Source: Candidatus Omnitrophota bacterium
Lineage (GTDB): Bacteria; Omnitrophota; Omnitrophia; Omnitrophales; Omnitrophaceae
Assembly: GCA_029561555.1 (NCBI GenBank)
Contig: JAKQXH010000055.1
Location: 20,263-84,262 of the forward strand
Direction: 5' to 3'
DNA: 64,000 bases
A program made the translations under genes and the position numbers. The notes under the pieces are model-generated. The model worked only from the letters and a program-made list of their open reading frames with translations. It had not been told where the DNA came from and did no database searches. Shown piece by piece: positions 47,301 to 54,674 of the stretch. How positions within the stretch are numbered: the stretch's first letter is position 1; every line of letters begins with the position of its first letter.

Positions 47301-49180
47301 CGGGTTTCCAGCAACGCCGACAATTCTTCCGCCGACAGGGCGCCCGAAGCGACTTCGCCGATCACCGTGCCGACGGCCTCGGTCAAAAATTCCGTCGTCA
47401 CCGCTTCCAAAAATTGAGCGCGGCTTTCCCCTAACGAAGCGACTTCCGCCGCAAGCGCCGATTCGAGGGCTTTCCCGGAGACCGCTTCCGACAACGCGTC
47501 CACATACCGCGTGTATTCCCCGGCCGCGGCGATTTTTCCTTCCCGAAGCGCCCGGTTGATGATCGCCGCCCGCCAGTTCCTCAGCTGTTCCGCGACGGCC
47601 CGGGAATTCCCGGACGAAATTTTCTCTTCCAGCCCCTGCCGGAGTCTTTCGCCTTCCCTCCAGGACACCTCGCCTTTCATCACGCGGAGATAGGTCCCGG
47701 GGTCCCCCAAATCCTGAATCGCGGGAGAAATAACGGCATAGGAAATTCCCGCTTCGCGGAAACGCCGCTTCAGCCCTTCCGTGTGAAATCCCCCGGCCAC
47801 AAAAAGGGCCGTGTCCTCGCCTCGCTTCCGCATGAGATCGCTCAAATTCCCGAAAAGGATTTCGTCCCGTTCCAGCGCGATCCGGTAAAAACGGTCCACT
47901 TCCGAAAGCTCGATGGGTAGCGACACCGGCTCTCCCAGCCGGCGCAAAGTCTCCTCAAAATAGGAGGGCGTGAATTCGTCGCGAAAAGCCCGATAATATT
48001 CAAAATCGTCCCGGACCGCTTCCAGGCGTGAGAGGTCCCTTAAAATAGAGGCGTGACGGGAAAGCCGGTCCAAAAGCCGTTCCTCTTCATTCCGGAAGAG
48101 CTTCTCCTTCAGCGCGCCGGTCAGGGCGCGGATTTCCCGGAAAAAGTCCCCGCTTTTCAGCGCGGAGATTTCCTTCACCTCCCGGACGAGCGGCAGGAAA
48201 ACTTCCTGATTCTTCAATTCCAATCCCCGGGCGGCGGCAAGGCCGGTAAGGTATTTCAAAAATTCCAGGCAGGACATGCGCCCGGTCTGATAGTCCTGAT
48301 TTTTCGCCCCGAATTCGGCCCGGTCCGTGCCTGTCAGAATGGGGGATAATTTTTCCCGGGCATCGCGAATCAGTTCCAGCGCCTGCCCGCTTCTAGGACT
48401 CTCGCCCCGTTCAAGTTCTTTTTCCAAATCCGCCTGGGCGCTGATCCCGGTAAAAAGCGGATAATCGCCGAGAGAAATTCCTTCCTCCCGCGCGCGGGAA
48501 GAAAGATAGGCGATAAAATCCAAAAGCTGCTCGGCGTTTTCTTCCGCCTGATTTTCTTTCTCCGAAAGCTCCCGGAGCGCGGGAGAATCGTATCGCGTTC
48601 TCAGCCGGTCAATCGCATCGAAAAGTGTTTGCAATACATCCGAAAATTTTCCGGAATTTCGATACACATCGAGAAAGGCCCGCCGGTTCTTCTCGTAAAT
48701 CTCCCGGTTCTCGACCGCATAATAAAAACCGTCCTCCGGATTCAGCGCGGCGGCAAGTTCCACGCCGGAAAGTTCCCCCCGCCTCGCGTACCGGAACAGG
48801 ACTTCTTCCTTCGATTCCCGCAGGGGAAAAGTTTTCAGCAGCAAGAGATCAAGTTCTCCGGCCCCTCCTTCAAACGCCACTAAATTGAGCTGCCGGCGGC
48901 TCTGAAAATATCGGATAATTTCCTGAATGTGCTTTTGCGCGTCAAAATTGCAATGGGCGTCCTGAACCAAAAGAACCTTTTCGGGGCGGACGCCGTGAAA
49001 GACTTCGTCGACAAAACCTAAATCCCGCGGTAATCCAATGGCATCCAACTGAAGAGAAACCGTTTCCGTCTCTGTCCGGACGACTCCCATATCGGGGGAT
49101 GCCAGCCCGGCAGATGTCGTCAGAAAACAAGTCAGAGTAAGAACCGTTGTAATCTGAGTGAATGCTTTTTTGAGTCGCAT
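38351..49180 (-). CDS. Giant secreted mosaic protein 2 (3609 aa): signal peptide + family N-cap + 6 cassettes separated by x-S-L-G junctions + family C-cap
   Basis: Uninterrupted 10,830-nt ORF starting at ATG 49180. Signal peptide MRLKKAFTQITTVLTLTCFLTTSAGLA. The N-cap is homologous to gene 1 (LLVQDAHCNFDAQKHIQEII...VAFEGG; FVAGGFHTEGLKRRFREAGISYAVISP). An internal multi-TM block spans aa ~1700-1900. A Tat-like RR signal (aa 2203-2232) precedes an (alpha/alpha)6 beta-glucan-hydrolase-like region (DSWGGSLFEYLF, aa ~2330-2620). A Fic cassette carries HPFENGNGRVAT (aa 3136-3147). The protein ends ...RVIEQAA. Confidence 0.9.
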   Translation of the reverse strand: MRLKKAFTQITTVLTLTCFLTTSAGLASPDMGVVRTETETVSLQLDAIGLPRDLGFVDEVFHGVRPEKVLLVQDAHCNFDAQKHIQEIIRYFQSRRQLNLVAFEGGAGELDLLLLKTFPLRESKEEVLFRYARRGELSGVELAAALNPEDGFYYAVENREIYEKNRRAFLDVYRNSGKFSDVLQTLFDAIDRLRTRYDSPALRELSEKENQAEENAEQLLDFIAYLSSRAREEGISLGDYPLFTGISAQADLEKELERGESPRSGQALELIRDAREKLSPILTGTDRAEFGAKNQDYQTGRMSCLEFLKYLTGLAAARGLELKNQEVFLPLVREVKEISALKSGDFFREIRALTGALKEKLFRNEEERLLDRLSRHASILRDLSRLEAVRDDFEYYRAFRDEFTPSYFEETLRRLGEPVSLPIELSEVDRFYRIALERDEILFGNLSDLMRKRGEDTALFVAGGFHTEGLKRRFREAGISYAVISPAIQDLGDPGTYLRVMKGEVSWREGERLRQGLEEKISSGNSRAVAEQLRNWRAAIINRALREGKIAAAGEYTRYVDALSEAVSGKALESALAAEVASLGESRAQFLEAVTTEFLTEAVGTVIGEVASGALSAEELSALLETRLETLLGAETLRQAGEERERCAGALARIETLRGKIREEVGFLRDHLSDLEALYARGEMTPEYFRRLFLDTNGDRKILARLLAVPETLPPVQVDDPLLEQLAAFDREKLIQAKIDTAEKLLGIKDEEALQAVDETFRSLKPDASLEEKLAYLEKAIELRGESAVPAVQAASLGNGGKNNRGAGRKSLPTDTEIREAGEIFWEGMREMLRQIDMRAERFVGGSVLGDIMRYIRTYRMYYLHSAELVNNAKEISGERLNAGVFPDGRKIEDLGLVSGETVERVRVVKKVLARKTIARITGHDPVLEEKVLRAAENYSREKFNIPVVKTTIPEEIVRFSVSLLTQEANRFLKELLEGPMEALEALPLETQEKLLDVAGNVYDRDTLVAEVRKAGNVLPRIEIVRTAEGAVTRIVLQGPFGDYRGRIMQRLTGLSDLLGLPLYIGEDGETGIRISISEVGRDTAIDFVFDHFDDLLRRMDYHAGEIDAAQSRMILLADVEGVLFRDGPGADLLQGSMARSVTKEALLSYLEAGGLLMLFSDEEAGEVFKRLTLEGADVPSEISGTGIPARLRKQLIVISNDSAIMSTFRSDGRMYEMREYRQGALRRIQPAKKTPAGRVHAAYLCGNCDPSRKDYPALKKMGTGWAVLVSENAPEGPEFQRNYLGYGETGAAAFLEAATEAARELKNLNPEERILFARKNLEPIIARAREILAAQSLGEGSSASDVSFLFDPATDPARIDAWLEDESRPSPFLTSAYGSMQFVRIAPGSLVLKILNLSATYLSEKEQLGILFNPLVRPFYSLARRYFSPETWFFWKEQIKRVIAFLGLAKVDRSLVSARGTVLADQFFQSRPDYPVKIRIVHPRNPGTVARIHQIPNHLIANDALWVLQSYVPRETFVRERILQAVRDGEVQEAGKIITGAIGHLFSALAPLGVMDIDEGIQIFENMALTDAGAYALVDWDAVTDDTEKIRQFMAKKESQIADIVYFRSKNPSFKKALEAAIRRNPANNVAHNALGFYDNLPADAAESLAEIFLGEVSRNFNVKNWERVSAQGASLGEREERRRPVVRPAERKSEETRKPPLIGRIIAGILGTATALAPFAIPVYLKWKEVEPAYLQSKIPEVFSDTAVYRIPFDIQILPVFLASVGIAAVTAAILQIPKMLAWLASAWKKKGPEGFVAAFLASALIVTVPFLFVNYIADHYNTIAIRQQSKQLWAMAHQTLIVFGAAEFVRAVFNRGLLFSLGEPRYRNRYIARGILGIALGVIMIVTGFFASNRAIDRFLERAGSDQNLPRSGAFVWDRLGEREALKDSTLGVRYGGQERKGYIWLRGFTGRMANRDGLYARADIRGLYDVGLGGGVNLNFTQGHLGVKEQRFLDASINLFGDGALFGTLSRTEPDLYQRLYENAEQNVEGGAGVFKQPFGTNIVAQTGRSLEGFWELVEEVNKGWHDPVIAGRRYADVLVHQTNGVETLTDLQRWNWNERTAARGYASDVMEAYRVVADPENSNRQALIIMQAEARRKWKLAGREIPPEKLPGRRFLASARGRSLGEELEQGGISSVLARFIEIRAQRATDPSFSLLGPMDRRTAIKLMIGGLFGIKGLIEGMATAQPAVPPLPDQTQERAAAATVQSMNGIADQYSNGVFFLTDSGTRLPLDVMRVNDDGTLSVFRHANGVEDLKTSPSNIGARLAAIVSALGDLEKKTDPDWEAKIRQLTSDTNRILMFLEKARTVENFYYRYYWLHPSQREANGMPRPDPASEISSVDNANLTAGMIAAAAFFEKRVPDYSERFLNLIRKQNYRVFYDPVRGLMTHGFRPTLLGRQGENLPNHYDLFFTEGRLLAFLGVVLSPNETVRGELLSAWDNLQFDSWGGSLFEYLFASVFLDEPMHGADFLTGAMRYAVSVERASARNGFWGRAPAYDEGGNYLGAPFGNPVLGMKGNAAPEIVAPYAWGLAAPFDFQGVNDQFRRLAAEAPGFFSSQAGGRDSFNPTAGRYPSLALSWDTDLTALGLRHALERLRGGITASDYFWRGLSLLGEGKVALGERLLGKGTERASENILDASEVGYRNVGNVRVTEPEGETPARRFAYDTTAGGAFNAQVYEQGVDARGYDILELEARRVGGQPVPKKFRIEIKKEGFPDRVLEAFGEAIGNGWTKIRIPLFKDRWPEAEKQALIREIVIAFWPGADQVGTEAVRGALDIRGIRFVSKPQGASLGAETPEAFAKEIALLILNAVRENYHRISREQQGVEAANVAYEIIRNPALLAREIIERLPSEAPYLRNEQDREAIAFRILDRILGDHAINQSQFRDVYAESLSGQLRGTPGSYRPYDVSRFGSSLEALASLWSLEPAEREKRGTELAEGILSSSKHSKQEAADLAAGSRLLQEMLKTEGVRAEKLGKIFSGPELMAEGKVQQLHEIIGSHVQSANPWHDSSSTILAGRYRWGDTHWGLHFYPHSYQIDQLMSSFSNWLYLQILNLDEVYQKAWRGHVTPQSEGMIHPAILLAAKAYNRFVEIHPFENGNGRVATLIADYVLLRYGYPSYIPAKENLSQLVRIGRFGEFDYDLLTQPYILWGATQPVDEERAAFFTDQILAQAGIPVGASLGGEPVTAKETVRADETRQTGNFRQFILNLLDEKYGTELSSARADGGAAVEFFFAPGTDRAEILKALEVFLAGRLDEYAGKIKERERALLPDFETLAKEILFSGLDRENFSSVLRNAKPDLTDGEIQSAIADIEGALGNAAITAAAAQSEDGRGVGTVIQELAAAPEEYLRAFNRLAEGWNLRGMVLSEEGPRGTAEGNLMLAVHIESLPQELQPVFVHALLQRLGERGTLFLIYPRKAGADERIRIFTGFLTPQEKAKVILRPYVEGTPLPFSTVASRMRQAGAGVGRAVVIPAFDEGMPESFERSGPVNFFEFNAAGVPGNIPDIVFSMILAGGENPELLKDMPPDVLAQKPVGGQGHLFAFNLVALAASLGDEIKRLRVIEQAA

Positions 49181-49521
49181 GTGATCGCTTTCTACGTTTA
49201 AAATCTAACTGACAAATATTTCAAAAGTATTAAATTATTTGGGCAAAAAAATCACTCCGCCTTTCTATTGTCCGATATGAAATCGTATACTGTAACCATT
49301 TATAAATAAACAGTTTACGCTGCCTATCAACTCACGAGCGTTGGAATTCTCCTGCCTTTGTAAAGTTTACCATGCAATTTGGATTTTTCCAAATTTAATG
49401 TCCATAAGGACTTACTTCACAAAACTCCGTAAAAACAAGCATGAAATACCTTATTCGGGATTAAGCTTGAGGCAAAATACTATCGAATGGCTAGAAAAGG
49501 ATTTTTTTGAGCAAACAATGA

Positions 49522-49677
49522 TTAATCTGCGTAAAGACGGGTAGTCCAATCGCGAAACCAAACCGGGCGGGCAATCAAAATATAGGCTAAAAGCACCGCA
49601 ATCAGAGGAATGAAAAAAACGCATAGATCGATCAGAAGAATACCGATGGCCAGAAAAATACGGTCTCTGAGAATCAT
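49522..49677 (-). CDS. Small hydrophobic membrane protein (51 aa), absent from the ORF track
   Basis: ATG 49677 is preceded by AAGGAG at 8-nt spacing, 20 nt downstream of the aminotransferase stop. Product: MILRDRIFLAIGILLIDLCVFFIPLIAVLLAYILIARPVWFRDWTTRLYAD, one or two TM helices. Confidence 0.45.
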   Translation of the reverse strand: MILRDRIFLAIGILLIDLCVFFIPLIAVLLAYILIARPVWFRDWTTRLYAD

Positions 49678-49697
49678 GAAAACTCTCCTTTCGGAAA

Positions 49698-50867
49698 TCA
49701 GGATTTGACGGAAAGAAAACGTTCGATCCGGCGAAGCGCTTCCCGGATATCGTCAAACGCCGTCGCGTAGGAAAACCGGAGATGGTCCGCCGCGCGGGGA
49801 CTGAACGCAATGCCGGGGACCACGGCGACCTTTTCCCGCTTGAGAAGCCGGGTCGCAAATTCCACCCCGTTCATGCCGGTTTTCTTCACGGAAGGGAAAA
49901 CATAGAAGGCGCCTTCGGGCGTATGGCAGGTGAGTCCGATCCGGTTCAGCTCCTCCACGATGAAATTACGCCTGCGGAAATATTCCTTTTTCATTTCCTG
50001 CGCTTCCTTCAAGCCGCTTCGAAGCGCCTCCAGCGCGGCGAACTGGCCCGTGATCGAAACGCACATCATGCTGTATTGATGGATTTTCATCATCGCGCCG
50101 ATGATCTCGGAAGGCCCGCAGGCATAACCGATCCTCCACCCCGTCATGGCGTACGCCTTGGAAAATCCGTTGAGATAAATCGTCCGTTCTTTCATCCCCG
50201 GAAGCGAAGGGAAAGCCGTGTGTTCCCCTTCGTAGGTCAGCTCGTCGTAAATTTCGTCGCTGATCACCAGCAGATTTTTTTCGCGGGCAACGGCCGCGAT
50301 GCCGAGAAGTTCCTTTCTGGAATACGAGGCCCCCGTCGGATTTGAAGGGTAATTGATCAGAATCGCTTTGGTGCGGGGCGTCAGGGCTTTCCGGATCTGG
50401 GCCGGAGACATTTTGAACCCCGTCTCAAGCGAAGTCGGAATGAACACGGGCTTCCCTCCCGCCAAAACCGTCAAGGGCCCGTAGGAAACAAAGCAGGGAT
50501 CCGGGATAATGACTTCATCGCCGGGATTCAAAATGGCCCGCAACACCAGGTCCGTCGCCTCGCTGGCCCCCACGGTAATCAATACGGCGTTTTCATAATC
50601 GTAATCCACGCCGTGCCGCCCGATCAGGAAACGCGAAATGGCCTTCCGGAGCTCTTTCATTCCCCAGTTGGACGTGTAGGACGTATACCCCTGCTCGAGA
50701 GAATAAATCGCCGACTCGCGAATCGACCAGGGCGTCACAAAATCCGGCTCTCCGACCCCGAGGGAAATCACGTCTTTCATGCCCAGTACCAGGTCGAAAA
50801 ACGCGCGGATCCCGGAGGGGGGAATGCCGGTAACAACTTTTGAGGGGCCGGGGACCATCTTTTTCAC
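49698..50867 (-). CDS. Class I pyridoxal-phosphate aminotransferase (AspC/AlaT family)
   Basis: NYPSNPTGASY, SDEIYDELTY and the PLP-lysine motif NGFSKAYAMTGWRIGY. Confidence 0.85.
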   Translation of the reverse strand: MKKMVPGPSKVVTGIPPSGIRAFFDLVLGMKDVISLGVGEPDFVTPWSIRESAIYSLEQGYTSYTSNWGMKELRKAISRFLIGRHGVDYDYENAVLITVGASEATDLVLRAILNPGDEVIIPDPCFVSYGPLTVLAGGKPVFIPTSLETGFKMSPAQIRKALTPRTKAILINYPSNPTGASYSRKELLGIAAVAREKNLLVISDEIYDELTYEGEHTAFPSLPGMKERTIYLNGFSKAYAMTGWRIGYACGPSEIIGAMMKIHQYSMMCVSITGQFAALEALRSGLKEAQEMKKEYFRRRNFIVEELNRIGLTCHTPEGAFYVFPSVKKTGMNGVEFATRLLKREKVAVVPGIAFSPRAADHLRFSYATAFDDIREALRRIERFLSVKS

Positions 50868-50883
50868 GGGAGACCTCCGCCGG

Positions 50884-51369
50884 TCAATAAGAAATGGCGG
50901 GGCGGTTTGATTTCTGCGCCTGCCGGAGAACGTCCCCGTCTTCCTTGTATTTCTTCAGCAGAAAATGCGTGACCGTCCCCCGGACATTCTCAAGGGGCGC
51001 CAGTTTCGAAGCGACAAAGTGGGAAATGGTATGAATATCCTTCCCTTCCACCACCAACAAGAGATCATACGTCCCCGAAAGAAGATAACAGCTCGTGACT
51101 TCCGGAAAATTGTAAATTCGCTCGGCAATGTGATCGAATCCCCGGTCCTTCTCGGGAGCGATTTTGACTTCGATCAGCGCGCGGACTCCGTTTGGATTCT
51201 CCGCCAAGGCCTCGCGATTCAGAACGGTCTTGTACTTGAGAATAATGCCTTGCTTCTCATAATCTCTGATTTTTTTCTTTACCTCGGCAACCGGTTTGCG
51301 GATCGCCTTCGCAATCTCATCCGGAGTCAGCCGGGCATTCTTTTCGAGCATTGTCAGAATTTCATCCAT
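50884..51369 (-). CDS. Lrp/AsnC-family transcriptional regulator
   Basis: HTH (LDEILTMLEKNARLTPDEIAKAIRKPVAEVKKKIRDYEKQGII) plus a RAM/AsnC_trans_reg domain. The start is set at ATG 51369 (AGGAG 9 nt upstream). The longer ORF-track start would overlap the upstream gene. Confidence 0.75.
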   Translation of the reverse strand: MDEILTMLEKNARLTPDEIAKAIRKPVAEVKKKIRDYEKQGIILKYKTVLNREALAENPNGVRALIEVKIAPEKDRGFDHIAERIYNFPEVTSCYLLSGTYDLLLVVEGKDIHTISHFVASKLAPLENVRGTVTHFLLKKYKEDGDVLRQAQKSNRPAISY

Positions 51370-51497
51370 GGCTCCGTCTCCTTTAATCAACGGTTTTAAA
51401 TAATCATTTCGCTTTATCCGATCAATCGCGGGCATTATATCATAAGGGAGCGGATTCCATTTCACGAATTTCGCCAGTGAAATTTCGGGAAAGCCGG

Positions 51498-52022
51498 TCA
51501 GAGCCCCGGTCTCTCCTGCTTCCAGGGGGCCGCGCGGGGAAGCCATCGCCGCACGCTTTTTTTGTACTCCTCATAATCCCGGCCGAAACGTTTCAAAAGG
51601 CCGGGTTCTTCAACCCGGGCCAGATACGCCGTATTGATCAGCCAGAATAATCCCGCCCAGATTAAAACAGCCAAAGACCCGAAAACGCAGGCCTCCGTCA
51701 CCAAAAGGGAAAGCACGGAAAGGATCATGGGGTTCCGCACATAGCGGTAGGGGCCCGCGACCACAAAACGCTTCGGAGGAGCCCACGGAGCGGGCGTTCC
51801 GTCCCCGGCCGTCAGAAAAAGATAAACGGTTTGAAACGCAAAAAAACATCCGGTCGCGCCAAGGATGAGTCCGATTCCGGCCGGCAATAACACATTCGGG
51901 AATTTCAAGCCGAAAAAAAAGTAAAGAGGCTGCGTAAAATAAAGAATCGCCGCGGGAATCAGCCCCAGCACCGTGCCCGGGAATACAACGATCGCTTTTG
52001 CGAGTTCAATTTGCTTGCTCAA
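51498..52022 (-). CDS. Isoprenylcysteine carboxyl methyltransferase (ICMT/PEMT)-family membrane methyltransferase
   Basis: Multi-TM protein with GPYRYVRNPMILSVL and EEPGLLKRFGRDYEEY. Confidence 0.65.
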   Translation of the reverse strand: MSKQIELAKAIVVFPGTVLGLIPAAILYFTQPLYFFFGLKFPNVLLPAGIGLILGATGCFFAFQTVYLFLTAGDGTPAPWAPPKRFVVAGPYRYVRNPMILSVLSLLVTEACVFGSLAVLIWAGLFWLINTAYLARVEEPGLLKRFGRDYEEYKKSVRRWLPRAAPWKQERPGL

Positions 52023-52039
52023 GAATCTTCTCTTTCGCC

Positions 52040-53002
52040 TCAGGTCGTGATGACGACTTTAAAAATACCGCTGGTCGTCTGGTCCGTGTTGCTGCCCGCG
52101 ATATCCTGAACCAACCCGACGTCAAAACGAAGATGCCCGTTCACCGGCATGATAAACCCGAAAGCCATGCTGAAAAGCTTGCTCCCTTTTCCGTATCCGT
52201 TACCGTGCTTTTCGAAACTCTGGCTGTAAATAACCTCCGCCTGAGGTTGCAGCCAGCCGAATACATGGTAGCCTGCTCCCCATGCCGTCGTCAATGTCCC
52301 GGCCGAATTTCCTGTTTTTTTCATCCTCCCCAGCGGAACCTCATATCCCAAATTGCCGCTGGCCGTCCAACGGCTGAAATCCTTCGTTACCGCCAAAATA
52401 TTTCCGAGACCGGTATAGCCCTGTGACGGCCCGAGATGATCCAGATTGCCGCGCCGGCCGGTAGGAATCAGAACCGAAGGAATATACGCGAGCCGGAACG
52501 ACTGATCCGGGCTATGATAAAATACCCATCGCGCATTCACCAAAAGATCCGACAACCCGTGCCCTTTATGCGGCCCGTCGGTTTCATCCAACGATTCTCC
52601 CGTGGCCGGATCGGTCTCCCCTCCCGTTTCGTCGTAATTATTCTCCTTGTCTCTTAAAATAGATATCCCCTGGGTAATCCCGATATCCAGACCGCGGCAA
52701 ATTCCGATATTCGTATTCGAATCAAACGCGTGATTCATATAACTTTTCCGGTCTATCCTCCGGCCGCTCGTCTTCCATTGTTTCCCGGCACCCTGAATGG
52801 AATAGGATAAATTCTCCTCGATCCGGCCGGGATCGACCGGAGTCGCATCGATCAGAATCAGTTTGGCGGGCTCCACTTTTATAGCCGGCTCATGATAAAA
52901 TTGGGTGTCCGCCCGATTTTCTTTGGCCGCGGCAAACAAGCCGGCCGGGAAAAACACTCCCAGAATAAAAATCGCGATTGCCCCGCGGAATCCCGTCTTC
53001 AT
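52040..53002 (-). CDS. Putative outer-membrane beta-barrel channel (MetA-pathway/transporter-like family)
   Basis: Signal peptide (AIAIFILGVFFPAGLFAAA). Alternating amphipathic beta-strand pattern and a C-terminal strand GIFKVVITT. It lies directly downstream of the nickel ECF transporter. Confidence 0.45.
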   Translation of the reverse strand: MKTGFRGAIAIFILGVFFPAGLFAAAKENRADTQFYHEPAIKVEPAKLILIDATPVDPGRIEENLSYSIQGAGKQWKTSGRRIDRKSYMNHAFDSNTNIGICRGLDIGITQGISILRDKENNYDETGGETDPATGESLDETDGPHKGHGLSDLLVNARWVFYHSPDQSFRLAYIPSVLIPTGRRGNLDHLGPSQGYTGLGNILAVTKDFSRWTASGNLGYEVPLGRMKKTGNSAGTLTTAWGAGYHVFGWLQPQAEVIYSQSFEKHGNGYGKGSKLFSMAFGFIMPVNGHLRFDVGLVQDIAGSNTDQTTSGIFKVVITT

Positions 53003-53005
53003 ATA

Positions 53006-53716
53006 TTATTCCAGCCCTGCCGATGCGATCAGTTCTTTTTGATTCAGGATCTTCCCGGCTTCGGCATCCGCGATTTTCCTGCCGTCCTTCAAGACGATGA
53101 TTCTTTGGCAAAGTTCGCGGGCCAAGCGGAGATCATGCGTTGCGATCATCTGGGCCTGCGAATACCGTTTGAGAAGGTCCGTTAATTCCCGCTTTCCCCT
53201 CGGATCCAGACTGCTGGTGGGCTCATCCAGGGCCATGACCTCCACGTCCATGCAAAGGGCCGTCGCCAAGGCCACCCGTTTTTTCTCCCCCACGCTCAGA
53301 TGAAAAGCGTTCCGCCGTTCGAAACCGTCGAGCCCCACCGCGTGAAGGCTTTCGGCAACCTTCCGCCGGATCACCTCTTCCCGTTCTCCGCGGTTGCGCA
53401 ATCCGAACGCCACGTCATCGTAGACGGTCGGACAGAACAATTGGTCGTCCGCGTTTTGGAACAGCAACCCGACTTTCTGGCGCACCGGTTTGTAATTTTT
53501 TTTAACGACCGGCATCCCGCAGATCAGGATTTCTCCCGTACCCTGCAAAACACCGTTTAAACACATCAGAAGCGTGGATTTTCCGGCTCCGTTTCCGCCC
53601 ATGATCGCAACTCGTTCGCCCGGGTTCAGTTCAAAAGAAATATCGTTCAGGGCCGTTTTCCCGTCCGGATAGCAAAAAGACAAATTCCGGATCTCGACCG
53701 CCTTTACGCTACTCAT
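53006..53716 (-). CDS. cbiO: ECF transporter ATPase component (CbiO/NikO)
   Basis: Walker A GGNGAGKST, ABC signature LSVGEKKRVALA, Walker B ALDEPTSSLD. The start ATG 53716 overlaps the cbiQ stop by 8 nt. Confidence 0.85.
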   Translation of the reverse strand: MSSVKAVEIRNLSFCYPDGKTALNDISFELNPGERVAIMGGNGAGKSTLLMCLNGVLQGTGEILICGMPVVKKNYKPVRQKVGLLFQNADDQLFCPTVYDDVAFGLRNRGEREEVIRRKVAESLHAVGLDGFERRNAFHLSVGEKKRVALATALCMDVEVMALDEPTSSLDPRGKRELTDLLKRYSQAQMIATHDLRLARELCQRIIVLKDGRKIADAEAGKILNQKELIASAGLE

Positions 53717-54362
53717 AGGCCCTCCAGTGCTCCGGTCCTTCGTATCCGCGGGAAAGCATGGCGGCAAAAACCCGCTCCCCCCGTTCGTAGCTCCGGACAA
53801 AAAACATCCCGATCAGGTGGCCGATAAAACGCGCCTGTCCCAACCACCGCCCTTCATACCCCCTTGAGGCCAACGCGTGCGTCATCCGCTCCGCTTCGTC
53901 CGCCATCAAAAAGAGGTAGCGGTAACAAAAACCGAGAAGCATCAGAAAAATTTTCGGGCATCTCATCCGGGCAAGGCTTTCCAGCATCACCGGGAACGGA
54001 GTGGTCGCCGTCAAAAGAAATAAAATCCACACGGAAATCAGCGCCTTGGCAATGACCAAACCGAACAGGCGCGCCTGGACCCCGTGATCGCCGCGCGGCA
54101 CGGTAAGAACCGAAATTCCGATCATCGCGGCGATCGGAAAAACCAAAAGCATCCTTTTTAAAAAATCCCCCGGAGGAATTTTCCCTAATTTTGTAAGCCC
54201 GGCCAGGAACAAAACGGCCACCGCCAAAGACTTCGCCTGCCCGGGCCCCAAACCGACCACCCATAAAATACCCGCGAGCGAAAACAGAATCTTCAGCCCG
54301 CCGCTTGCGCGATGAAGCGCGGTCCCCCGATACGCGTGTTCGTCCAAAAACTGATGTCTCAT
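53709..54362 (-). CDS. cbiQ: ECF transporter transmembrane T component (CbiQ/NikQ)
   Basis: 217-aa polytopic protein with the ALASRGY...R motif, located between the M/N and O components. Confidence 0.75.
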   Translation of the reverse strand: MRHQFLDEHAYRGTALHRASGGLKILFSLAGILWVVGLGPGQAKSLAVAVLFLAGLTKLGKIPPGDFLKRMLLVFPIAAMIGISVLTVPRGDHGVQARLFGLVIAKALISVWILFLLTATTPFPVMLESLARMRCPKIFLMLLGFCYRYLFLMADEAERMTHALASRGYEGRWLGQARFIGHLIGMFFVRSYERGERVFAAMLSRGYEGPEHWRAYE

Positions 54363-54371
54363 CGAATGCCC

Positions 54372-54674
54372 TTATCGCGCGCGATTCCGTTTCGAAAGAA
54401 GTTTTCCCAGTATCCAGGCCGCCAAACCCGCAAGGAGCGTCCCGCTCCCTCCGGCAACCGCCGCATTGACAAAAGGATTCCGGGCCGATTTCCATTCATA
54501 ATCGGGAAAAACCGGGAAACGCCAGGCGGCGGTCTCTCCTTTTTCCGAAAAGCCGTGAGTCTCGGCTACTTTTTCGAGACCGTCCGGACGGGATGAGGCA
54601 AACGGCGAAATAAAGACCGCAACGGCCAAGGAAAAAAATAACGCGCTCCAGAGAAAAATTTTAGGCCTGTTCAT
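54372..54674 (-). CDS. PDGLE-domain accessory membrane protein (NikN/CbiN-like)
   Basis: N-terminal TM, then SSRPDGLEKVAE, and a C-terminal TM. It overlaps the stop of the M component. Confidence 0.7.
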   Translation of the reverse strand: MNRPKIFLWSALFFSLAVAVFISPFASSRPDGLEKVAETHGFSEKGETAAWRFPVFPDYEWKSARNPFVNAAVAGGSGTLLAGLAAWILGKLLSKRNRAR

